Shown here piece by piece: positions 35,371 to 43,385 of a stretch of 43,385 nucleotides of DNA (positions within the stretch are counted from its first letter, which is position 1; each line of letters opens with the position of its first letter). The notes below the pieces were generated by a model. The model did not search any database, had not been told where the DNA came from, and saw nothing but the letters and a program-made list of their open reading frames with translations. The position numbers and the translations under genes are program-made. This DNA comes from Chiloscyllium plagiosum (taxonomy: Eukaryota), in NCBI RefSeq assembly GCF_004010195.1, contig NC_057720.1, positions 10,125,163 through 10,168,547 of the forward strand, given 5' to 3'.

Positions 35371-36027
35371 TGTTGCAATGCTGGCCCTTTTCTAAAAGCT
35401 GTTCCTTCTTCTCAAGGTTACCAAGTCCTTGATTTCTTTCTAAAGTTATAAACTGGCTCAGGCTCCGAGGTGACTGCTTTGGGACAGAGATGAAAAGGTT
35501 ATTGGGAGGCCTTCTTGTTTATTCATAAAGAAATGCGTCTTCAGGCCACAGCTTTCATGCTTTAGAACTAACCTGTATAATGAAAGGGGAGTGGTCAGTC
35601 CTGGAAGCTGAATTCTTTTTAATTCAGTTCACCAGTGGTGTGTGTGAAGAAAGGCTGCTCGTGTCAGTCAGTTGAGATTGGAACTTGTCTCTCTCCTTCT
35701 GCCCTTCTAAGTTCGACCTGTAAGCCGTTGTTTCATTTTTACTCTGTGTTTAAGGGGTTTGTTTATTGGGACTGTTGTGTATTTTTGGAACAGCATAATT
35801 AAGTCTTGTTTGGATAGACTGAGGTCTGTGAGTATTCTATATTCTGTTCTTGGTGTTTTATTCAATAATTTTGTGAATAAATTTTTGTCTGTTTTAAAAC
35901 CTCGTAATCAACCCAATGAACTTACTCCGGGTAATTTTCACTGTAAACTTACTGCAACAAAAAGCAAAGTTACGGTCTTGGCTGCCTGCTTAAGAATGTT
36001 TTGGGTGGTCTGGCCGAGTCCATAACA
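35371..36027 (+). repeat. 5' LTR
   Basis: TGTT...AACA; direct repeat of 40425-41211; AATAAA at ~35876. Confidence 0.92.
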
Positions 36028-36030
36028 GAT

Positions 36031-36049
36031 TGGGGGGTCTTTGCGGGAT
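36031..36049 (+). promoter_or_regulatory. Degenerate tRNA-Pro-type primer binding site
   Basis: tggggggtctttgcgggat resembles TGGGGGCTCGTCCGGGAT, just after the 5' LTR. Confidence 0.6.
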
Positions 36050-36126
36050 TTAAACAGCGAGTGGTAGGTGCTAATATCTTTATTTCGAGTGTTTGTTTAG
36101 TGGGGTCACTAAAGCTTGGGGTAGCA

Positions 36127-37400
36127 ATGGCTCTTTCAGTTGCCAAGAGTTTCCTGGAAGTGGATGAGGTGTATTTGGTAGTTTTACAAAAGGTGGTTAA
36201 GGCCAGGCTGCTGGAATTAGAAGACAAGCTGGGGTTGGAGCTGCCTCCTTATCTGAGGAAAAGAAAGATAATTACGACAGTAGCTCAGCATTTAAATGTT
36301 CTGGAAAATTCATCAGAATCTGCAGAGATGGCAAAAATTCAATTGCAATTGGAGCAGGTTGAGTTCGAGGTGAGAGATAAGGAAAGGGCAACAGAAATGA
36401 AACAATTTGAGTTACGGTTAAAAGCAGAAGAGAACGAAAAAGAACAAATGGCTTTAGTAGAAGAGGAAGAAGAGAGTTTGAATTTCAGAAATTGACACTT
36501 GAGAAGGGAAGTCAGCTTAAAAGGCTGGAGGTAAAGGCTGAAGGTAAGCTTAAGTGTGGAAGAGCGGAGAGTTAAAATGGCAAGGTTAGCAGCTGAAGTG
36601 GCTGATGGTTATGAGCTGGCCCATAAAACACGGTTCGGCTTGCAGAAACAATTTCAATCCATGAGGGATAGAAATTGGGGGCAAAGAGAAATCCTCATGT
36701 GGAAAGGGAAAAGTAGATCTCAGTGAAGATCATAAGGAGAGCTTACCACAGTGTAAAAAGGAAACCCTTGAAGGGGACAAAGAAAGTAAGAAGCTCCAGT
36801 GTTTTCATTGTAATAAAGTGGGCCACATGAAATCAGTGTTGGTGGGCTAGGTGAAAGCCAGATGTAGGAAAACAGGACAAGCCTGGGAGTTTTGTTGGCA
36901 TGGTAACAGAAAGCCCAATGGAAACTAGAAAGCTGCATCTGAGGTTGATTAAAGAGGAAGTGCCAGATGTGCTTAAAAATATACCTGCAAAGGGAAAGTT
37001 TATTCACATTGGTCAGGAGTAGCAGGTAAAGAGGTTACAATTGTAAGGGACACAGGATCCTCTCAGTCTGTGATGCTGAAGGATGAGGAGGTATGTATTC
37101 CTGAATGATCATTGCCAGAGAAAGTACTGGCAACGGGAATTCAAAGTGAAACAAGAAGTGCTCGATTATGTAAAGTGAGGCTAGAGTGTCCAGAAAAGAA
37201 TGGACAATTTGTGGTAGGAGTACTGGACAGACTCTCAGCTCCAGGAATACAATTTGTTCTTGCAAATGATGTAGCTGATTCAGTGGTAGGTGTGCTGCCT
37301 ATTCTAGTTGAAAAGTTAGTGGAGATGCAGGCAACTGAAGCAATGCAGGATGTTTATCCAGGAATCTTCCCAGATTGTGTCTGAATGAGATCACAGAGTC
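36127..37400 (+). pseudogene. gag (coiled coil, SCAN-like end, CCHC knuckle) and aspartic protease remnants
   Basis: MALSVAKSFL...; ARLAAEVADGYELAHK (~36580); CFHCNKVGHMKS (~36800); RDTGSSQS (~37046). Confidence 0.8.
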
Positions 37401-37539
37401 ACAAGCTGAAGCAGGAGAGATCAAAAGGCACAGATAAGGATATTTCAATAGCATTATCAGAGATTGTTTTTGATCAGATAAGTGAGACAGAGCAGTAGCC
37501 AAATATTAGAAATGTAAGTATCTTTAGCTCTGCTAAGCT

Positions 37540-38754
37540 TATTGAGTTACAGCAGAAAGATGAGAACTTAAAGCAGTTATATCAAAAGGCATATGCATGG
37601 AAGGAGAGTGAATGCATCCCTGTGTGTTATTACTTAACAAATGATGTCTTAATGAGGAAATGGAGACCAGCACATATTCAAGCAGACAAAAAATGGGCAG
37701 AAGATCATCAAATTGTTTTGTAAGTAGGGTATAGAATGAAGGTGCTGCGAGTGCTTCATGGAGGTCATTTAGAGGTGAGGAAAACACAGGATAAAATACA
37801 AAGACATTTTTACTGGCCTGGACTAAACAAAGATGGGGTTGAATTTTGCCTGAAGTGTCATACATGTCATCTAATCAGAAAATCACAGGCAGTAATAAAA
37901 CCTGTGCCTTTAATACCTATTCCAGCATTTGAGGAACTTTTCACAAGAGTCTTGATTCTCAAATAAAAAGTGGGAATAAGTATTTATTAACAATAATGGA
38001 TGTATGGCCTAGATTTCCTGAGGAAATCCCATGAAGCAAAATCACAATTAAAAGGGTTGTAGAAGAATTACTCAATTTTTTTCATGAAGTACGGACTACC
38101 AATAGAGATACAGTCAGATCAAGGATCAAAGTTCATACCCAAATTGTTCAAGGAGGTTATGGATAACTTGGGAATAAAGCAATTCAAATCTACTGCGACC
38201 ATCCAGAATTGCAGGGAGCGCTAGAGAGATGGCATCAAACACTAAAAACCATATTGAGGGCTTATGGTCAGGATTATCCAGATGATTGTGATAAGGGAGT
38301 TCCATATGTGCTTTGTGCAATCAGAGATGCCCTGAATGAATTGACCAAATTCAGTCCATTTGAATTAATTTTGTGGCATGAAGTAAGAGGACCATTAAAA
38401 TTGATTAAGGAGAAATTATTAAGTCAGAATTCAAACACTATCCATTTGGACTATGTGCCAAATTTTAGAGAATAATTAAATAGAGTTGGGAAGTTGGCCA
38501 GACAACATTTAAAAGTATCACAGCATACGATGTAACAGGGAGTGGACAAGAAATCAAAAATTTGCAATTTTGCCACTGGGGATAAGGTATTGGTGTTACT
38601 TCAAGTAATAGGTGAACCTTTAAAAGCAATGTTTAGTGGACCTTATCAAATCAAGAGCAAATTGATTGAGGTGAACTACTTGATAGGGACTCCAGACAGG
38701 AAGAAATCTCACAGAGTGTGCCATGTGAATATGCTCAACAGGTATTTTGATTGA
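37540..38754 (+). pseudogene. Integrase remnant (HHCC, DDE, GPY/F)
   Basis: HGGHLEVRKT...FYWPGL...CLKCHTC; LTIMD..RFPE; QSDQGSKF; GALERWHQTLK; FSGPYQI. Confidence 0.88.
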
Positions 38755-39069
38755 GAAGGAAAACAAGAGGAGAAGGTGTTAATGATTACAGTCCAGAAGG
38801 AAAAATAAAGTTCAGAGGATTCTGAATTGGACAATCGTCAAATCAAATTGGACAATGAGGAAGTTGTCAAAAATTGGGATAAATTATTGAGTTACCTTTG
38901 ACAAGAAAAATCAAAATGACCTGAAAGAGTTACTACCAACAATGGAGAGATATGTGGAAATAAACTGGGAAGTACTAACCTAATTGTGCATGATGTAGAT
39001 AGAGGAGATGCTGTTCCGATTAAGCAACATCCTCTAAAGGAAGCACAGGTTCAGAAGTAGACAGAACGC

Positions 39070-40242
39070 ATGCTCCAAGATGGCATAATTGAAGTGAGTT
39101 ACAGTGACTGGAGCTCACCCATAGTCATGGCGCCAAAGCCAAATGGTACCCAACGGTTATGTGTGGACTGTCGCAAAGTCAATGCTGTTACAAAGTCTGA
39201 TATTTATCCAATTCTGCAGTTGGAGGACTGTGTCAAAAAGGTTGGACAAGCAACTTACATTTCTAAATTGGACTTGTTGAAAGGCTACTGGCAGGTACCT
39301 TTGACAGAAAGAGCAAAGGCAATTATGGCTTTCATAACGCCAAATCAACTATATCAGTTTAAACTCATGCCATTTGGTATGAAAAATGCTCCAGCCACAT
39401 TTCAGAGACTAAGTAATAAAGTGATTGCCGGATTACCCCACTGTGTGGTGTACATTGATGGCCTGGTGACTATTAGTCACTCATTGAAGGAACATTTACA
39501 GCATTTATCAGACTTGTTCGATCAACATTGGAAGGTAGGTTTGGTGGTAAACCTAGCTAAAAGTGAATTTGCCAAAGCCCAAGTCACCTCCCTGGCACAT
39601 GTTATTGGACATGGACAAATGGCCCCACGGGATGTGAAAACAAAAGTATTTGGGGAATTTCCCACATTGTTGACGAAAAGAGCAATACTTTGGTTCCTGG
39701 AATTGAATGGATTTTATGGAAAGTTTGTGTCGAACTTTAGCAGTTTGGCTGCTCCTCTCACCGAATTGTTAAAACAGGACAAGAAGTTTCAGTGGACAGC
39801 AGACTATCAAAAGGCATTTAACAGCCTTAAAACTGTGTTAACCACCGTCCCAGTATTAGCCACACTGGGTTACACGAACCCTTTCATGGTGGCTGTCGTT
39901 GTGGGTGTCGGTGCGATGCCCCTGCAGGAGGATGACGAGGGAATAGAAAGACCTATTGGGTATTTTTCCAGGAAGTTGAACATTCAACAGAAATATTCAA
40001 CAGTGGAGAAAGAGACTTTAAGCTCGGTGTTGGCATTACAACATTTCAGTGTTTATATTACCAGCAATGCATCTGAGACAATTGTATACACTGATCATAA
40101 TCCATTGACATTTGTGGAAAAATTTAAGGACAAAAATGCCAGACTGTTTAGATGGAACTTGTTACAGCCATTCAATTTGACAATTGTGCATGTGTCAGGT
40201 TGCAAAAACGTGATTGCCAACACGTTGTCGAGACTCGAATAA
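39070..40242 (+). pseudogene. Reverse transcriptase-RNase H, catalytically mutated
   Basis: SDWSSPIV, LDLLKGYWQVPL, MPFGMKNAPATFQR, YIDG (from YIDD), YSTVEKETL, YTDHNPL. Confidence 0.92.
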
Positions 40243-40413
40243 GATACGGAGGCATTAAGTTGTGGGTGTGCCACGGCTTGAATTCGAATGCGGTTGTGCA
40301 TATTTGCATGTCTATAGTCAATGTCATGTATTTGTGTGTTTTTGAGTACTAACCAATTTTTTGAGGGGTTTTAAAAATGAAGCCATCTTTGGATATTGAT
40401 GGTTCTTTTTTTT

Positions 40414-40424
40414 AAGGGGAGAGG
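40414..40424 (+). promoter_or_regulatory. Polypurine tract
   Basis: aaggggagagg immediately before the TG of the 3' LTR. Confidence 0.85.
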
Positions 40425-41211
40425 TGTCACAAAGCTGGTCCTTTTCGAAAAGCTGTTCCTTTTTCTCAAGGTTACCGAGTCCTTGACTTTTTCAAAACAG
40501 TTATAAACTATCCCAGGCTCTGAGGCGACAGCTTTGGGACAGAGATGAAAAGGTTATTGGGAGGCCATTTTGTTTGTACGTAAACAAATGTGTCTTCAGG
40601 CCACAGCTTTCATGTTTTAGAAGTAATCTGTATAATGAAAGGGGAGTGGTCAGGCCTAGAAGCTGAATTCTTTTTAGTCAGTTCAGTAGTAGAGAGGCTG
40701 CTAGGTGAGTCAGTTGAGACTGGAACTTATCTCTCTCCTGCCCTTCTAAGTTTGACCTGTAGGCCGCTGTTTCATTTTTACTCTGTGTTTAAGGAGTTTG
40801 TTTATTGGGACTGTTGTATGTATTTTCAGAACAGCATAATTAAGTCTAGTTTGGACAGACTGAGTTCTGTGACTATTCTTATATTCTGTTCTTTGTGTTT
40901 TATTCTGTAATTTTGTGAATAAAGTTTTGTCTGTTTTAAAACCTGGTAGTCAACCAAGCTAACTTACTCCGGGTAATTTCCACTGTACACTTACTGCAAC
41001 AAATAGCAAAGTTATTGTCTGGGCTGCCTGCTTAAGAATGTTTTGAGTGGTCTGGTCTAGTCCATAGGCGAAAGTGAGGACTGTACGTGCAGGAGATTAG
41101 AGTCGAGAGTATGGTGTTGGAAAAGCACAGCTGGTCAGGCAGCATCCAAGGAGCAGGAGATACGACGTTTTGGTCAAAAGCCCTTCATCAAGAATGAGAT
41201 AGTCCATAACT
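40425..41211 (+). repeat. 3' LTR, interrupted near its end by a Penelope fragment
   Basis: About 85% identical by eye to the 5' LTR. Confidence 0.9.
41067..41199 (-). mobile_element. Penelope-like terminal fragment with a degenerate hammerhead
   Basis: 9-bp TSD tagtccata (41058-41066, 41200-41208); reverse complement ttgatgaagggcttttgaccaaaacgtc. Confidence 0.8.
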
Positions 41212-41769
41212 TACTTCCCCTCCTCTTTTGCCTCCCTTTCTATCTTTCCCCTATCATGTGAAACATTGAGATGCCAGTGCTGCCTATCCCCCAGCCAAGT
41301 TTCTGTAATAGCTATGATGTCCCACTCCCATGTACCCAAACATGCCCAGAGTTCATCAGCCTTACCTGGAAGACCCCATACACTGAAATAAAATGCAGTT
41401 TAATTCTTCAGAGTAACTTCATTCTCTGAAATGCTGTTGTCTGTCTTTTCTAATTAATTGTACTTTTCAGATTCACAAATCTATCTATTTACTTTGCTAT
41501 TTGGGATCCCTCCACCGCCACACCCACTGGAATAGTTTACTGTCTCTCTTAATAGAATTAGTAAGTCTCCCTGCGAGGGTTTTGGTCCCTTTGCAGTTCA
41601 GGTGAAACCCACCCTTTTTGAAAAGGTCTTTTCTGCCTCAGTGGAGATCCCAATGACCCAAGAACCCAAATCTCTGAACATGACACCACATCTTCAACCA
41701 TTAATTTATCTCCTTTATCCTTTTATTCTCATTCATTCAAGCTTGGCACTAGGAATAAACCAGAGACCA

Positions 41770-41925
41770 CACATGTCATTTACTGTATCCGTTGCTCCCG
41801 ATGTGGTCTCTTCTACGCTGGGGAGACAGGATGCCTACTCGCAGAGCGCTTCAGAGAACATCTCTGGGACACTGCATCAACCAATGCCACCACCCCTTGG
41901 CCAAACACTTCAACTACCCCCCCAT
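41770..41925 (+). mobile_element. Penelope GIY-YIG endonuclease fragment
   Basis: HVIYCIRCSRCGLFYAGETGCLLAERFREHL...AKHFN. Confidence 0.8.
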
Positions 41926-42574
41926 AGGTCTGGGTCGGCAGCTCTTTAGAGGGTTGGTGTGGACTTGTTGGGCCGTAGGGCCTGTCCCTACGCTGTAGGG
42001 ATTCTATGAATCAACATAGTATTTGGCCACAAATCCTCTTCCACCCAGTACCATAGCTTATTAGTTCAAATGTTTAACTCTGTTTTTATAGTAAAGTCAA
42101 TTTTGTTTTATTGGAAATGTATTTAGTTGTATTTAGGTTGAGACTGTACAAGTCGAAATCACAGAATTGTTGCAGTGTGCACAAGAATGCCATTTGGCCC
42201 ATCATATTTGCGCAGCTCTCCAAATGAACATCATGACAGTGCCATCCCCTTGCCCTTTCACCCTAACCCTGCACAACATTTTCAACCAATCTGATACTCT
42301 GTTGAATGTCTCAAATGGATCTGCCTCCAGCAAACTTCTAGGCAGGTCAAATAAAGTCCGGAAATACTATTTCAATATGGTCAAGGTGCATTAGATTGCT
42401 ACTAATGTAATTTCTTACCGATGAAAGGTCAGACTGCTGGCCCAAAAGCAATTTTGAATACTTTTAACAGCATCTATACCTATTAAGAAATAGCTTGTTC
42501 AATATTATAATTCTCAAAATCTAGGCTTTGTCACCAGAGTCAATTGCATACACTCGATGGACAAAAACGTCAGG

Positions 42575-43385
42575 AATCATACAGTCATAGTCATACAGCA
42601 TGGAAACAGACCCTTTGGTCCAACCAGTCCATGCCAAACATAATCCAAAATTAAACTCTGCCGGCTCCTCGCCCATATCCCTCTGAACCATTCCTATGTT
42701 TGTATTTATTTAAATGTCTTTTAAACATCATAAGTGTAGCCACACCCACTACTTAGAGTCATAGAGATGTACAGCATGGAAACAGACACTTCTGTCCAAC
42801 CTGTCCATGCTGACCAGATATACCAACCCAATCTAGTCCCACCTGCCAGCATCCGAACCATATCCCTCCAAACCCTTCCTATTCATATACCCATCCAAAT
42901 GCCTCTTAAATGTTGCAATTGTACCAGCCTCCACCACATCCTCTGGCAGCTCATTCCATACATGTACCACCCTCTGCGTGAAAACGTTGCCCCTCAGGTC
43001 TCTTTTATATCTTTTGCCTCACACCCAAAATCTATGCCCTCTAGTTCTGGACTCCCTGACCCCTGGGAAAAGACTTTGTCTATTTATCCTATCCATGCCC
43101 CTCATAATTTTATAAACCTCTATACGGTCACCCCTCAGCCTCCGTTGCTCCAGGGAAAACAGCCCCAGCCTGTTCAGCCTCTCCCTATCGCTCAAATCCG
43201 CCAACCCTGGCAACATCCTTGTAAATCTTTTCTGAACCCTTTCAAATTTCACAACATCTTTCTGATAGGAAGGAAACCAGAATTGCACACAATATTCCAA
43301 AAGTGGCCTAGCCAATGTCCTGTACAGCTGGAACATGACCCCTCAACTCCTGTACTCAATACTCTGACCAATAAAGGAAAGCATG
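42575..43385 (-). mobile_element. HER1/CR1 3' ends (short tail fragment 42575-42750, then a younger copy running off the window)
   Basis: LLEYCVQFW.P...RLRGDRIEVYKIMRG; ctctatgactct tail. Confidence 0.92.

Larger units (their letters stand above)
35371..41211 (+). mobile_element. Decayed Gmr1-like Gypsy LTR retrotransposon (gag-PR-IN-RT-RH) with both LTRs
   Basis: Two LTRs, PBS, PPT, CACT/TACT target duplication; integrase lies upstream of a Gypsy-type RT; many stops and frameshifts. Confidence 0.92.
28030..41760 (-). mobile_element. Old CR1 element dispersed in at least 8 pieces by nested insertions
   Basis: Collinear ORF2-to-ORF1 remnants at ~28030-28125, 29508-29600, 29905-30295, 31393-31463, 34300-34347, 34680-34890, 35189-35370, 41212-41760. 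Confidence 0.65.

Noticed and set aside
1..43385. CRISPR arrays, prokaryotic operons or defence systems
   Set aside because: No regularly spaced repeat-spacer array; the content is vertebrate intron/TE sequence and the RT domains all belong to known retroelement clades.

Overview
Eukaryotic, repeat-dense vertebrate DNA, most likely from a shark (cartilaginous fish). This is inferred from HE1-type tRNA-derived SINEs, HER1/CR1 LINEs, Penelope-like fragments and a Gmr1-type Gypsy element. The only host gene is CLCA (calcium-activated chloride channel regulator). Its first two coding exons occur twice, head-to-head, inside a ~25 kb inverted duplication: arms ~2011-11588 and ~16158-26812, inner arm remnants 14362-14523 / 15206-15367, centre of symmetry near 14.9 kb. 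The minus-strand copy is open. The plus-strand copy has a +1 frameshift in exon 1 and has lost its upstream sequence. Arm identity is patchy (about 99% versus 85-90% by eye), which suggests arm-to-arm gene conversion. The rest (27-43 kb) is a nested transposon cluster with a decayed two-LTR PR-IN-RT-RH (Gmr1-like) retrotransposon. Several Penelope termini carry minimal hammerhead-ribozyme motifs. There is a 583-nt N gap at 28651-29233. I found no evidence for a wholly new biological system; the notable signals are the CLCA palindrome and the hammerheads. All identities are visual estimates, not computed alignments.
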